This document shows positions 31,943 through 42,981 of a stretch of DNA of 64,000 nucleotides, piece by piece. The stretch comes from an uncultured beta proteobacterium. Its GTDB lineage: Bacteria; Pseudomonadota; Gammaproteobacteria; Burkholderiales; SG8-41. The notes beneath the pieces were generated by a model. That model did no database searches and was not told the origin of the DNA. It worked only from the letters and a program-made list of their open reading frames with translations. Within the stretch, counting starts at the first letter, position 1. Each line of letters begins with the position of its first letter. The stretch spans positions 302,896 to 366,895 of the forward strand of contig CAWEHH010000030.1 in assembly GCA_963808765.1 (NCBI GenBank), written 5' to 3'. The translations under genes were made by a program, and so were the position numbers.

Positions 31943-33043
31943 ATGAGCGCACGCAGCCGGCAGGACGCGTCCGAAGACTGCTTTTCCGCCGACTACCAAA
32001 CCGCGCGTGACCGCTTTCGCGCGGCAGCGACCCGGGCCGGCGCCGCATTGCATTCGATTGGCCTCGCCGCCGCAGGCCCATATGGCGAAGCGCTGTCCAT
32101 CGATGTCGCGTGGCTGGGCGCCGCACGCCCGCGTCGCGTCCTGCTTCACACGAGCGGTATGCACGGCGTCGAGGCGTACACCGGATCCGCCGTTCAGCTC
32201 GCGCTGCTCGCCTCGCCTCCGCTGCTCCAAGGAGACGATGCGCTGGTGCTCGCACACGTGCTCAATCCGTACGGAATGGCATGGCTGCGGCGCGCGAATG
32301 AAAACAACGTCGATCTCAACCGCAACTTCCTGGTGAACGGCGAAGCATTCGCAGGCGCGTCGGCGCTCTACGCCGCGCTCGATCCGCTGCTGAACCCCCC
32401 GTCGCCCCCGATGCACGACGGCTTCCTCGTGCGCGCCGCGGCGATGGCGATGCGCCACGGCTTTCAGCGCGTGAAGCAGGCGATCGCGGAAGGACAGTAC
32501 GAGTATCCAAGCGGCCTCTTCTACGGCGGGCGCGAGCTGCAACCCGGACCCTGTGCGCTCGGCGAGTGGCTGAGAGCGCACTTGCGGGGCGCTTCGTACG
32601 TGTTCGCGCTGGACCTCCACACCGGTCTTGGACGGCGCGGCACGGACACGCTGATCCTCGAGCGGGGCGTGGCCGCAACTGCGCCGGGCGCACTTTCCGC
32701 GGCGTTCGAACGCACCCTCGTCGATCCGCATCTGCCTTCGGTCGCCTACACCGTTCGCGGCAGCTTTGGCTCCGCGCTCCCGCATTGGCTGCCGGACACG
32801 CGCCTCGATTTCCTCCTTCAGGAGATCGGCACCTATCCGCCGGTGCATGTCATCCATGCGCTGCGCGAGGAAAACCGCTGGCATTTTTTCGGTGATGGCA
32901 GCATAGTCCACCCGGCCAAAGAACGGCTGCGGGAGGCTCTGTGCCCGGCGGCTGTCACGTGGCGGCGGCAGGCGATCGCACGTGGATTGACCGCGGCACG
33001 CGCAGCCGCGAAATGGGCTTTCGGCGAAGGGACGCGTTCATGA
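31943..33043 (+). CDS. DUF2817 / M14-like zinc peptidase
   Basis: FSADYQTARDRF, SGMHGVE, NPYG..RR.NENNVDLNRNF, DLHTGLG. Confidence 0.85.
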   Translation: MSARSRQDASEDCFSADYQTARDRFRAAATRAGAALHSIGLAAAGPYGEALSIDVAWLGAARPRRVLLHTSGMHGVEAYTGSAVQLALLASPPLLQGDDALVLAHVLNPYGMAWLRRANENNVDLNRNFLVNGEAFAGASALYAALDPLLNPPSPPMHDGFLVRAAAMAMRHGFQRVKQAIAEGQYEYPSGLFYGGRELQPGPCALGEWLRAHLRGASYVFALDLHTGLGRRGTDTLILERGVAATAPGALSAAFERTLVDPHLPSVAYTVRGSFGSALPHWLPDTRLDFLLQEIGTYPPVHVIHALREENRWHFFGDGSIVHPAKERLREALCPAAVTWRRQAIARGLTAARAAAKWAFGEGTRS

Positions 33044-33447
33044 GCTGCGAGCTTTGCGAGCGCACCGGAGGTGAGTTGCTGTGGCAGGGCGAGCGGCTGC
33101 GCATCGTGCACGTGGACGAGCCTGGCTATCCCGGTTATTGCAGAGTGATCTGGCAGTCTCACGTGAAGGAGATGACCGATCTCTCGGAAGACGATCGGCT
33201 GTATCTGATGGAAGTCGTGTTCGCCGTCGAATCGGTGATTCGTGAACAGCTCGACCCGGAGAAGGTGAATCTCGCGAGTCTCGGCACGCTCGTGCCGCAC
33301 CTTCACTGGCACGTGGTTCCGCGCTTTGCCGACGATCCCCACTATCCGCAGCCGATCTGGGCGACCGCGCGTCGTGCGCCGGAACGCACGCTGCGCGAAG
33401 TGAACACCTCGGCACTGGCAGGCGCGCTCGCCGCCGCGCTCGACTGA
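33040..33447 (+). CDS. HIT family protein
   Basis: [22 protein letters not shown]. Confidence 0.92.
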   Translation: MSCELCERTGGELLWQGERLRIVHVDEPGYPGYCRVIWQSHVKEMTDLSEDDRLYLMEVVFAVESVIREQLDPEKVNLASLGTLVPHLHWHVVPRFADDPHYPQPIWATARRAPERTLREVNTSALAGALAAALD

Positions 33448-33461
33448 CGACACGTTCCGCC

Positions 33462-33824
33462 ATGGCCGCACCGACCCAGGCGTCGCCGACCGAGATCAAG
33501 CTGCATCAGGTCTCGCAGATACTCGAAATCACGTACGACGACGGAAAGTCCTACCGTCTGCCAGCCGAATTCCTGCGCGTGTATTCGCCCTCTGCCGAGG
33601 TCCGCGGCCACGGCCCCGGCCAGGAAGTCCTCCAGGCAGGCAAGAAAGACGTGCGCATCGTCGCGGTCGAACCCGTCGGGCACTACGCCATCCAGCTTCG
33701 CTTCTCCGACGGCCACGATACCGGCCTCTACTCGTGGGACCTCCTCTACGACTACGGCGAGCGGCAGGACAAGATGTGGCAGCAGTATCTGGATCGGCTC
33801 CGCAGCGCCGGAGCGTCTCGATGA
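33462..33824 (+). CDS. DUF971 (gamma-butyrobetaine hydroxylase N-terminal-like) protein
   Basis: [34 protein letters not shown]. Confidence 0.92.
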   Translation: MAAPTQASPTEIKLHQVSQILEITYDDGKSYRLPAEFLRVYSPSAEVRGHGPGQEVLQAGKKDVRIVAVEPVGHYAIQLRFSDGHDTGLYSWDLLYDYGERQDKMWQQYLDRLRSAGASR

Positions 33825-34555
33825 CCGACAAAACCCACTTCGGCTACCAGGAAGTCCCCGAGGAGGAGAAGGCGAGCCGCGTCGCCGGCGTTTTCGACTC
33901 GGTCGCGCGCCGCTACGACCTCATGAACGATCTCATGTCGGTCGGCCTTCACCGCTACTGGAAGCGCTTCACGATGGCACAGAGCATGGTGCGGCCCGGC
34001 GAGCGCGTGCTGGACGTCGCGGGAGGCACCGGCGATCTTGCACGCCTTTTCGCGGAACGGGTGGGACCCACCGGCACCGTGGTGCTCACCGACATCAACC
34101 GCAACATGCTCGAGCTGGGGCGCGATCGTCTTGCCAACCGCGGCAGGGTCGTGCCGGTCGTGCAGTGCGACGCCGAACGCCTGCCATTCGCTTCCGGGAC
34201 GTTCGATTGCATAACGGTCGCCTTCGGACTGCGCAACATGACCCACAAGGATCTGGCGCTGGGCGAGTTTCGGCGCGTGCTGCGTGCCGGCGGGCGATTG
34301 CTCGTCCTGGAGTTCTCCCGTGTATGGCGCCCGCTCGAACGGTTGTACGACGCGTATTCGTTTCAGGTTCTGCCGCGCCTGGGGCAAGCCGTGGCGGGCG
34401 ACGCGGACAGCTACCGCTATCTCGCCGAATCCATACGCATGCACCCCGACCAGGAAACGTTGAGGCTCATGATCGAACGCGCCGGCTTCGACCGGGTCGA
34501 ATACGCGAATCTCGCAGCGGGCGTGGTCGCGTTGCACCGCGCGATGAAGTTCTGA
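33821..34555 (+). CDS. ubiE: Ubiquinone/menaquinone C-methyltransferase
   Basis: [41 protein letters not shown]. Confidence 0.97.
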   Translation: MTDKTHFGYQEVPEEEKASRVAGVFDSVARRYDLMNDLMSVGLHRYWKRFTMAQSMVRPGERVLDVAGGTGDLARLFAERVGPTGTVVLTDINRNMLELGRDRLANRGRVVPVVQCDAERLPFASGTFDCITVAFGLRNMTHKDLALGEFRRVLRAGGRLLVLEFSRVWRPLERLYDAYSFQVLPRLGQAVAGDADSYRYLAESIRMHPDQETLRLMIERAGFDRVEYANLAAGVVALHRAMKF

Positions 34556-34728
34556 TCGCCTTCTTTGCCACGACCACGTCAGGAAATCCTGAACCCGCGC
34601 GGCGCGATCCTGTCCAACCCCTACAAGAAAAGGGCTTGCCGAACACCTCGGCGCGAGTTTCGCGTGCCACCCATAGCTCGCTGGCGCGCTTATAATCCCC
34701 GGGTTAACTCCAGTGAAGGAGCGGATTC

Positions 34729-35648
34729 ATGCGTAAATTACTGACTGTTTTCGTTGCTCTAATCGGTCTGTCGTTCGTCGCGATCGACGCCGATGCGCGC
34801 CGGATGAGCGGCGGCAAGAGCATCGGCAAGCAGCGCGAAGCCATCAACCCGAATCAGGCCGCGCCGCGCACGCCGCCGCAACAGCAGCAGGCAACGCCGA
34901 ACACGCCCGCGCAGCAGCAGGCCGCTCCGGGTGCCGGTGCCGCCGCTGCGCAGCCGTCCGGCATGAGCCGCTGGCTAGGGCCTCTGGCAGGCCTCGCGCT
35001 CGGCGCCGGCCTCGCGTCGCTGTTCCTGAACAACGGGCTCGGCGGGGCGCTCGCCGGAATACTGCTGGCAGCCGCGCTTGCGTTCGGCATCTTCCTCCTG
35101 TTCCGGCTGCTCACGCGAGGCCGCGCTCAACAGGCGCCGCTGCGCTACGCGGGGGCCGGTGCGCAGGGCACGCAGGAAATGCCGCGTCAGGCTGTCGAAC
35201 CGGTGCTCCAGCGCACCAGCGCCGCTGCACCGCATTCCGTCGCGGCAACCACCGCGGCAACACCTGCGGCCGCGCCCACAACGCGCTGGCCAGGCTTCGA
35301 CGAAGCGCAGTTCGTGCGGCACGCGCGCATGAATTTCGTCGACCTGCAGTCCGCATACGACCGCAACGACCTGACCGCGATCCGCGACTTCGTCACACCG
35401 GAGGTGGCCGCCGAGATCGAGAAAGATATGCGCGCGACGGGACCCGGAGAGAAAACCGACGTCGTCACGCTCGAAGCCGATGTCCTCGACGTGACAACGC
35501 AAGACGGACTCCACGTCGTGAGCGTCCGGTTCTCGGGGCTGATGCGCGAAGGAGCGGCCGAGCCCAGCCGTTCAAGGAGCTCTGGCATCTCGAGAAGCCG
35601 GTCGATGGGCAGTCCGGATGGGTCGTTTCCGGGATCCAGCAGGCTTGA
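34729..35648 (+). CDS. Tim44-like domain protein (apparent frameshift near 35565)
   Basis: ADARRMSGGKSIG, WLGPLAGLA, LQSAYD, SVRFSG; true end ...W...GIQQA* in another frame. Confidence 0.85.
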
Positions 35649-35710
35649 CACGATTGGAGCCGGACGCGGCTTTCGACAGGGCCGTCGAATTTCGAGTTTG
35701 ACCATGCTGC

Positions 35711-35741
35711 AAAAGCCCGGGCTCACCGCCCGGGTTTTTTT
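35711..35741 (+). terminator. Intrinsic terminator after the Tim44 gene
   Basis: AAAAGCCCGGGC-tcacc-GCCCGGGTTTTTTT. Confidence 0.8.
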
Positions 35742-36329
35742 ATGTTCGAAACATTCGGTCTCCCACCGTTGAACCGCCTGCTGCGCTCGAGTGGCTGGGC
35801 GCTCCAGCGGCTGCAGCCTCACGCGGGCAAGACGGCCGTGCTCGCCTGCGCACCCTGGAACGTGCGAGTGACGGTATCCGCGTCGGGCGAGCTCGCGCCG
35901 GCAGACGCGGAAGCCGCCCCGGATGTGGTGATCGTGACGACGCCCGGGTTGCTGCTGCGCGTTGCCTCGGGAGACCACGCCGCGTGGAGCGAGGCGAGGC
36001 TGGAAGGCGACATCCAGTTCGCCGGCGCGATCGACTACGTCCGGCGCAATCTCGGGTGGGACTACGAGGAAACACTGAGCCGTTTCGTCGGCGACGTCGC
36101 GGCGCACCGGATTGCCGGCGCCGTGCACGCAGCCGATCGCTGGCGGCGCACCGCCAGCCTCAACATGGCGCGCGGCGTCGCCGAATATGCCGCGCACGAG
36201 AACCCGCAGGTGGCCAGTCCGCAGGCGGTGGATGAATTCAATGCCGAAGTCGATCGCACGCGCGACGACGTCGACAGGCTCGAGAAGCGCGTCGAGCTTC
36301 TTGCGCAGCAGCGCGCCTCCCGAGCCTGA
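35742..36329 (+). CDS. ubiJ: SCP2-domain ubiquinone biosynthesis accessory factor
   Basis: LNRLL..W...L.PHAGK, EGD, WDYEE.LSRFVGD..AHR, C-terminal coiled coil; lies between ubiE and ubiB. Confidence 0.85.
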   Translation: MFETFGLPPLNRLLRSSGWALQRLQPHAGKTAVLACAPWNVRVTVSASGELAPADAEAAPDVVIVTTPGLLLRVASGDHAAWSEARLEGDIQFAGAIDYVRRNLGWDYEETLSRFVGDVAAHRIAGAVHAADRWRRTASLNMARGVAEYAAHENPQVASPQAVDEFNAEVDRTRDDVDRLEKRVELLAQQRASRA

Positions 36330-36331
36330 CC

Positions 36332-37858
36332 TTGCGCCTCTTCCGGCTCCTGAAAATCCTGTCGGTGAGCGTGCGCTTCGGGCTCTACGAATTCGCTTTC
36401 GAGCACGAGCGCACACGTGGCGTGGGGCGCATGCTCCAGTTGTCGCCGTTTCGACGGCGACATACGAGCCCGAGAGCGGTACGCCTGCGCCGCGCGCTGG
36501 AGGCGCTCGGTCCGATCTTCGTGAAGTTCGGACAGGTGCTCTCGACACGCCGCGATCTGCTGCCGACCGATATCGCCGACGAGCTCGCGCGACTGCAGGA
36601 TGCCGTCGCGCCGTTTCCGGCGGAGGAGGCGCTCGCGACGTTACAGCGCGTCTACGGCCGGCCGGTGGACAAAGTTTTCCTGCGCTTCAACCGCGAGCCC
36701 GAAGCGAGCGCTTCGGTCGCGCAAGTGCATATCGCGGCGCTTCCCGACGGGACCGAAGTCGCCGTCAAGATTCTGCGGCCGGGCATCGCGAACATCATCG
36801 CGAACGACGTTTCGCTCCTGCGCGCAGCCGCCTCTTTCGTCGAGCGCCACTGGTCGGAAGGCAGACGCCTCAAGCCGCACGCGGTGGTGCACGAGTTCGA
36901 GAAACATCTCGAGAACGAGCTCGACCTCCTGCGCGAAGCGGCGAATGCGAGCCAGCTTCGGCGCAACTTCGAAGGCTCGCCGCTGCTGCTCGTCCCCGAA
37001 GTCTATTGGGACTACTGCGCCGAAGAAGTGATGGTCATGCAGCGGATGCACGGCACGCCCGTGAACCAGGTCGAGGCGCTGCGCGGACAAGGCGTCGACA
37101 TCAAGCAGCTCGCCCGCTCGGGCGTCGAGATCTTTTTCATGCAGGTGTTCCGCGACGGGTTCTTCCATGCCGACATGCATCCCGGCAACATCCTCGTCTC
37201 GCCGCAGGGGCGCTACATCGCGCTCGACTTCGGGATCATGGGCACGCTCTCGGAGCTCGACAAGCATTATCTCGCCCAGAACCTTCTCGGCTTCCTTCGA
37301 CGAGAATACCGGCTCGTCGCGCTCGCGCACGTCGAGTGCGGGTGGGCGCCCCCGAATACGCCCATCGACGAGTTCGAAGCGGCGATCCGGGCCGTATGCG
37401 AACCGGTCTTCGATCGGCCGCTCAAGGAGATTTCGTTCGGACGCGTGCTGCTGCGCCTCTTTCAGACCTCGCGCCGCTTCAATATCGAGGTGCAGCCTCA
37501 GCTCGTGCTCCTTCAGAAGACGCTGCTCAATATCGAAGGGCTGGGACGTCAGCTCGACCCGGACCTCGACCTGTGGTCGACGGCCAAGCCGTATCTGGAG
37601 CGCTGGATGTCGGAGCAGATCGGCTGGCGCGGCTTCGTGCGCCGCGTTCTCGACGAGGCGCCCGCTTGGGCCGTCGCACTGCCCAAGCTCCCGCGTCTTG
37701 TCGAGCAGGCGCTCGCGCGGCAGGCAATGGCGCCGCCAGCGGAGCTCACGCTCGCGATCCTCGGCGAGCGGCGGCGCACGAATCGGTTGCTGATCATCAT
37801 CGCGGTCATGCTTGCGGTGATCGCGCTCGGACTTGCGCTCGGTCTCGCACTTCTCTGA
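36332..37858 (+). CDS. ubiB: Ubiquinone biosynthesis kinase-like protein
   Basis: [41 protein letters not shown]. Confidence 0.97.
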   Translation: MRLFRLLKILSVSVRFGLYEFAFEHERTRGVGRMLQLSPFRRRHTSPRAVRLRRALEALGPIFVKFGQVLSTRRDLLPTDIADELARLQDAVAPFPAEEALATLQRVYGRPVDKVFLRFNREPEASASVAQVHIAALPDGTEVAVKILRPGIANIIANDVSLLRAAASFVERHWSEGRRLKPHAVVHEFEKHLENELDLLREAANASQLRRNFEGSPLLLVPEVYWDYCAEEVMVMQRMHGTPVNQVEALRGQGVDIKQLARSGVEIFFMQVFRDGFFHADMHPGNILVSPQGRYIALDFGIMGTLSELDKHYLAQNLLGFLRREYRLVALAHVECGWAPPNTPIDEFEAAIRAVCEPVFDRPLKEISFGRVLLRLFQTSRRFNIEVQPQLVLLQKTLLNIEGLGRQLDPDLDLWSTAKPYLERWMSEQIGWRGFVRRVLDEAPAWAVALPKLPRLVEQALARQAMAPPAELTLAILGERRRTNRLLIIIAVMLAVIALGLALGLALL

Positions 37859-37929
37859 GAAATCGCTCGCAGCGCGGCGCCGTATAATGCCGTGAACTCA
37901 CGAAAACGCCCCCGCTTCTCCAGCAGTCT

Positions 37930-39376
37930 ATGGCTTCGAATCTGATCTGGTTCGTCGCGATCTATCTCGGCGTGTCGATCGCGATCGGCCTCGCTGCGGC
38001 GCTGCGCGTGCACAGCGCACGCGATTACATCACCGCCGGGCGACATCTTCCCGTGTACGTCGTGTTCGCAGCGGTTTTCGCCACATGGTTCGGCGCGGAG
38101 ACCGTGCTCGGCATTTCCGCAACGTTCGTGCGTGAAGGCCTGTCGGGGCTGGTCTCGGATCCGTTCGGCGCGTCCTTGTGTCTGGTCCTCGTGGGTCTCT
38201 TCTTCGCGCGTCCGCTGTACCGGATGAATCTGCTCACGATCGGCGATTTCTACAGGCAGCGGTTCGATCGTCGGGTCGAGCTGATCGCGAGCATCTGCTA
38301 TCGCGCTTTCGTATCTGGGCTGGGTGTCCGCGCAGATCACCGCGCTCGGCCTGGTGTTCAACGTGCTCTCCGATTCTTACATCACCCCGGCGTGGGGCAT
38401 GATCATCGGGGCGAGCGTCGTGCTCGTCTATACGCTGTTCGGGGGCATGTGGTCCGTCGCGGTGACGACCTTCATTCAGATGATCTTGATCGTGCTCGGG
38501 CTGCTCTACATCGCCTGGCTCGTAAGCGACATGGCCGGCGGCGTCGCGGCGGTGGTCGGACATGCCGCGGCCGCCGGGAAGCTCGACTTCCTGCCGCAAT
38601 TCTCGCCTGCGGAGCTGATCGGCTTCGTGGCGGCCCTCGTCACGATGGGCCTCGGGTCGATCCCGCAACAGGACGTCTTTCAGCGCGTCAATGCATCGCG
38701 CAGCGAGGGCATCGCCGTCTACGGCACCATCCTAGGAGGAATCGCTTACTTCATGTTCGCCGCCGTGCCGCTCTTTCTCGTGTATGCGGCGACCCTGATC
38801 GATCCGAAGATGGTGGCGGATTTGATCGACACCGATCCGCAACGCATTCTGCCGACGCTCATCATCGATCATCTGCCGCTCGCCGCCCAGATCGTTTTCT
38901 ACGGCGCGCTTCTCTCCGTGATCATGAGCACCGCAAGCGGTACTCTGCTCGCGCCGTCCGTCACGATCGCGGAGAACGTGTTGAAGGACCAGTTCCGAAG
39001 CCTCACCGACCGGCAATTCCTCTGGATGACCCGGGCGGTCGTGGTGTCGTTCGGGCTGCTCGTGACGCTGTATGCCCTGTTCACCGACGCGACCATTCAC
39101 AAGATGGTCGAGAACGCATACAAGGTGACGCTCGTCGCCGCGTTCGTGCCGCTCGCCGCGGGAATCTACTGGAGCAGAGCGACGCGTCAGGGCGCGCTTC
39201 TCAGCTCGGTTGCGGGTCTTGCGACGTGGATCAGCCTGGAGCTCGTGCTGCCGGACGGCATCCTTCCGCCGCAGTTCGCGGGGCTGCTCGCAGCCATCGC
39301 GGGAATGATTGCCGGCTCGCTGCTGCCGCAGTGGTACGGCGGGTCGCATGCAGGCCCGCGGCCGCGCACGGCGTAG
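37930..39376 (+). CDS. Sodium:solute symporter family protein (apparent frameshift near 38303)
   Basis: DYITAGR.LP, FATWFGAET, YTLFGGMWSV, GSIPQQDVFQR, IMSTAS. Confidence 0.9.
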
Positions 39377-39520
39377 GGGCGGCGCTTGCCTGCCGCGGCA
39401 AGATTCCTCCGGGCGCAGGCGCCCGAGCCGCGGCTCGGTGTACGAACGGAGGGAAACCGAGGTTTCCCTCCGTTACCTCCTTTCCTTTTGTCGCGTGTCG
39501 GATGCAGAAGCCCGACACAT
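39374..39520 (+). repeat. Family B unit with terminal hairpin, starting at the TAG stop of the symporter
   Basis: TAGGGGCGGCGCTTGCC...GAGGGAAACC-GA-GGTTTCCCTCCGTTACCTCCTTTCCTTT...GTGTCGG..CCGACAC. Confidence 0.85.
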
Positions 39521-39554
39521 GGCGGTGACGCCGCACGAGGCGCGATAGCACGCG

Positions 39555-40112
39555 ATGAGCCTCGCGGCGATCGTCCACGGACCCGCCTATCGTGCGGCGC
39601 TCTACGCGCTGCTCCTCGCGAACGCGCTCTACTTCGCCTGGGCCGGCACGCGCAGCGAGGCGCTCGATGCGGCGGCATGGCTCGTCCTGCTGGCGTTATT
39701 CGAGCTCGAGGCGCGGCGGGCAGGGTGGCTCGCTCACGGACGCCGCCGCGCGATACTCCGCATGACGCGCCTCGTGGCAGCGGCCGGGGTCATCGCGGCA
39801 ATGCTGGGCTATGCGTTCGAAGACGACGTCCTCGATGCGGTCAACAGCGTGCTGTGGATCGCCGTCGTCATTCTTCTGGAGGCCGAAGTGCGTTTTCCGA
39901 GACTCGTCTCGAACGCGCGCAGGACGTTCGGTGCCATGGCGGCGCTCCTCTACAGCGGACTCGCGGTGCTCGTCGTGCTGTGGGCAGTGAACGGGCTGTG
40001 GTTCGACGCCTACGACGCGCTCCTGTGGCTGATCGCGTTCGCCACACTCGAGCTGAATCTCATCAAAGCGCCGCGCGCAGCGGGCAGGGCGATCGGACAA
40101 GCAACGCCGTAA
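39555..40112 (+). CDS. Hypothetical multi-pass membrane protein
   Basis: Hydrophobic ORF with a thrice-repeated D..(A/N)..W.....LE motif. Confidence 0.7.
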   Translation: MSLAAIVHGPAYRAALYALLLANALYFAWAGTRSEALDAAAWLVLLALFELEARRAGWLAHGRRRAILRMTRLVAAAGVIAAMLGYAFEDDVLDAVNSVLWIAVVILLEAEVRFPRLVSNARRTFGAMAALLYSGLAVLVVLWAVNGLWFDAYDALLWLIAFATLELNLIKAPRAAGRAIGQATP

Positions 40113-40202
40113 CGCGACTGCTGCGCCGAGATGCGCTTCCAGTCCGCCGCGGGAGCGGCCGCTTTCGCGGGCACATCGCGGTCGCGGCTCTTTCCTGCGT
40201 CC

Positions 40203-41168
40203 TTACGCTTTACTGTCGTACGCGTGCTGGAACGCCGCGATGAAGCGATCGAGATCCGCCTCCGGCAAGTCGTTGATCCCGCCTGCGGCTTCGCGTCCGC
40301 CGCCGCTCTCGAACTGCTCGCACAACGCGGCCGCGCCGCGTGGGCGCTCCGTGGATGCGCGCACGCTCACGACGAAGCCCGCGCCTTTTGCGACGAGAAT
40401 GGCGTGGGCCCGCCGCGGATGCGCCTGCGCGAGCCGGTTTCCGTAAAGGCCGTTCACGCGACGCGCCCAGGCGGCATCGGGCAGCAGATAAACGGCCGCC
40501 GAGTCGGTCGCCCGGTGCGGTTCGATCCCCTGTGCGCGGTAGAGATCGTCGGCATACGCGTTCTTCAGCACGTTGAACACCGGCTCGTCGAAAATGAAAT
40601 GCCGCGGATCGCGGTAGCGCGCGAGCGTCCGGTAAAGATCGGCCGGGTGGTAGTGGAGATCGTCCAGCGATTCGCCGTAGGCGTTGTAGTTCAGACAGTC
40701 CCCGAGCTCATGCAGCCGCGCGAGCTCGGTACGATCGAGGCGCAGCGGCTGAGCGGCGCTCAGCGCGGCGGCGACGAGGTTGTCGCCGAACGCGCCGACC
40801 ACGGCCCACATGCGGTGCTTTCCGGAGAGGTGCTTGTCCACGATCAGGCTCGTGCACACGTCGGGCGACGTGTCGATGTGGGCTTCGAGCAGCGCATGCC
40901 GCGGAATGGCGCCCGCTGTGTGGTGATCGAAGTAGAAGACACGGCCGCCGCGCGCGAGCAGGCGGTCGAGCGCCGCTGCATTCGCCTTCATGGAGATGTC
41001 GAGCACGGTCAGTTCGTCGCCGGCATCGGCTTCGACGCGGTCGAGCAGCCGGATGTCGCGTTTTACGCCCGTGACGAGCTCGGCCGGACGCGGCGCGTCG
41101 AGACGCAACTGGTGAAGAGCGCAGATGCCGTCCGCGTCTCCGTTGAAAATGTCGTACGATTTCGCCAT
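40203..41168 (-). CDS. DHH-family phosphoesterase-like protein
   Basis: FNGDADG, VLDIS, YFDHH, CTSL, SVRA, GGGR.AAGGI. Confidence 0.85.
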   Translation of the reverse strand: MAKSYDIFNGDADGICALHQLRLDAPRPAELVTGVKRDIRLLDRVEADAGDELTVLDISMKANAAALDRLLARGGRVFYFDHHTAGAIPRHALLEAHIDTSPDVCTSLIVDKHLSGKHRMWAVVGAFGDNLVAAALSAAQPLRLDRTELARLHELGDCLNYNAYGESLDDLHYHPADLYRTLARYRDPRHFIFDEPVFNVLKNAYADDLYRAQGIEPHRATDSAAVYLLPDAAWARRVNGLYGNRLAQAHPRRAHAILVAKGAGFVVSVRASTERPRGAAALCEQFESGGGREAAGGINDLPEADLDRFIAAFQHAYDSKA

Positions 41169-41214
41169 GGTATCCGACAGCGAAAGGCGGCTTGTCCTTC
41201 GATCGCCGCGCCCG

Positions 41215-42267
41215 ATGCGCCTGGCGTCGTCGCTCGCGGTAGCTTACCTGCTCGTGATTGCGTATGCCAGTTTGCAGCCTTTCACGGCGTGGTGGATTCC
41301 GCCCGAAGAGATCCGGCAGTTTCTCATCGCGCGCTGGCCTCGCTACATCACCGTCGAAGATGTCATGGTGAACATCGGCGCATACGTGCCGCTGGGCTTT
41401 CTGCTGGCGCGCTCGTTCATGCGACGCACGGACCACCGGCGTGCCGTTCTGCTCGCGATCGTCTTATCGTGCCTGGTGTCCATCGCCATGGAGAGCGCGC
41501 AGATGTTCATGCCCGCGCGCATCGCGTCGAATGTCGACGTGCTCACGAACTCGATCGGGGGCGTGATCGGAGCGCTCGCGGCTCCGATGTTCTCCCCGAC
41601 GCGCCTGCTCGGGGCACGTTTGACGCGGCTGCGGCGCGAATGGTTCGTCTACGGTGCGAGCGCCGATCTCGGCGTGGTGCTGCTTTGCCTGTGGATCGCG
41701 ACCCAGCTTCACCCCACGTCGCAACTCTTCGGCACGGGTGACCTGCGCGGCACGTTCGATCTGCCGGACTGGGTCATTCACACGCCGACGCTTCTGCTCA
41801 CGACCGAAGCCGCGATCGCCGCGTTGAACGTGCTCGGCGTCGGATTGATCGTGCTCGCCTTGACCCGCGACAGCAAGCCGCGGACGATTGCACTCGTGAT
41901 GCTGCTCGCAGCCGCATTGCTGACGAAGACGCTAGCGGCGGCCGCGATCGTGAAATCGAGCGCACTCTTCCCGTGGCTTACGCCCGGGGTTGCGATCGGC
42001 CTTCCCGTCGGCGCGATCGCCCTGTGGATGTGCGGGGCCATGCGGCGCCGGACGCAGTGGATTGCGGCGGCATGCTGCTTCGTGGCAGCGATCGCGGCGA
42101 TGAACATCGGGCCGGACAACCCCTATCAGACGGTCCCGTCGCACTTCCTCACCGGATCGAGGCATTTTCTGAGCTTTTCAGCCATCGTCCGGGCCCTGTC
42201 CGAATTGTGGCCTTTCCTCGCGGTGGCATACGCGGGCTACGCCGCCACCGAACAGCCCGCAGGCTAG
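41215..42267 (+). CDS. VanZ-family membrane protein (alternative start 41167)
   Basis: YASLQPF, DVMVNI.AYVPLG, ME..Q.F.P.R.AS..D...N..G. Confidence 0.85.
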   Translation: MRLASSLAVAYLLVIAYASLQPFTAWWIPPEEIRQFLIARWPRYITVEDVMVNIGAYVPLGFLLARSFMRRTDHRRAVLLAIVLSCLVSIAMESAQMFMPARIASNVDVLTNSIGGVIGALAAPMFSPTRLLGARLTRLRREWFVYGASADLGVVLLCLWIATQLHPTSQLFGTGDLRGTFDLPDWVIHTPTLLLTTEAAIAALNVLGVGLIVLALTRDSKPRTIALVMLLAAALLTKTLAAAAIVKSSALFPWLTPGVAIGLPVGAIALWMCGAMRRRTQWIAAACCFVAAIAAMNIGPDNPYQTVPSHFLTGSRHFLSFSAIVRALSELWPFLAVAYAGYAATEQPAG

Positions 42268-42305
42268 TGGCGAGGGTTCGGGCCTCACAGCTTGCGCAAC
42301 CCCAG

Positions 42306-42504
42306 GTTCTGCTCGAGGCCTCGTACATCTCGATGGGAATACTGACCGACGCCGGAATGCTTCGTTCGCGGGGACCCCGCTGCTCCGCAGCCCTACGTCC
42401 TGCTCGAGGCCTCGTACATCTTGATGGGAATACTGACTGACGCCGGAATGCTTCGTTCGCGGGGACCCCGCTCCGCCCCCCGCTCACAAAAAGGGGTGGT
42501 TCCA
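42306..42504 (+). repeat. Family A repeat: two near-identical units (period 91) plus GGGGTGGTTCCA end
   Basis: CTGCTCGAGGCCTCGTACATCT.GATGGGAATACTGAC.GACGCCGGAATGCTTCGTTCGCGGGGACCCCGCT occurs twice. Confidence 0.93.
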
Positions 42505-42576
42505 AGCAAGATTCTTCCCCTCGTCTATAATGAGCGGCCGCGGTTCTTTAACTCTCCAACCTTCTCGGGACCGACA

Positions 42577-42888
42577 GTGAGCTACTACCAACGCCATATC
42601 TTCTTCTGCTGCAATCAGCGGGAGCCGGGTGCGAGGACTTGCTGCAACAATCACGGCGCATCGGAGCTTCGCGACTATGCCAAGGATCGCGTGAAAGAGC
42701 TCAAGCTATCGGGCAAGAGCAAGGTGCGCGTCAATATGGCCGGCTGCCTCGACCGCTGCGACGAAGGTCCGTGCATCGTGGTGTACCCGGACGCGGTCTG
42801 GTACACCTACGTCGACCGCGAGGACATCGACGAAATCATCACCGAGCACCTCCAGAACGGCCGTATCGTCGAGCGGCTGCGGATCTGA
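42577..42888 (+). CDS. Thioredoxin-like [2Fe-2S] ferredoxin
   Basis: HIFFCCNQR..CC; GCLDRCDEGP..VVYP..VWY; TATAAT about 50 nt upstream. Confidence 0.92.
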   Translation: MSYYQRHIFFCCNQREPGARTCCNNHGASELRDYAKDRVKELKLSGKSKVRVNMAGCLDRCDEGPCIVVYPDAVWYTYVDREDIDEIITEHLQNGRIVERLRI

Positions 42889-42981
42889 CCCTTTCTCGCG
42901 CATGATGCGTGACGCCGCGTGCCGTCACGCGTCGTTCGTTGGGCCGCCGACGTGAGAGCAGGCACGATGCAGATCAGGCCG

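Noticed and set aside
42306..42504. Family A repeats as peptide-coding units (e.g. MYEASSRT...)
   Set aside because: Periods of 91, 93 and 95 bp and indels between copies do not preserve frame.
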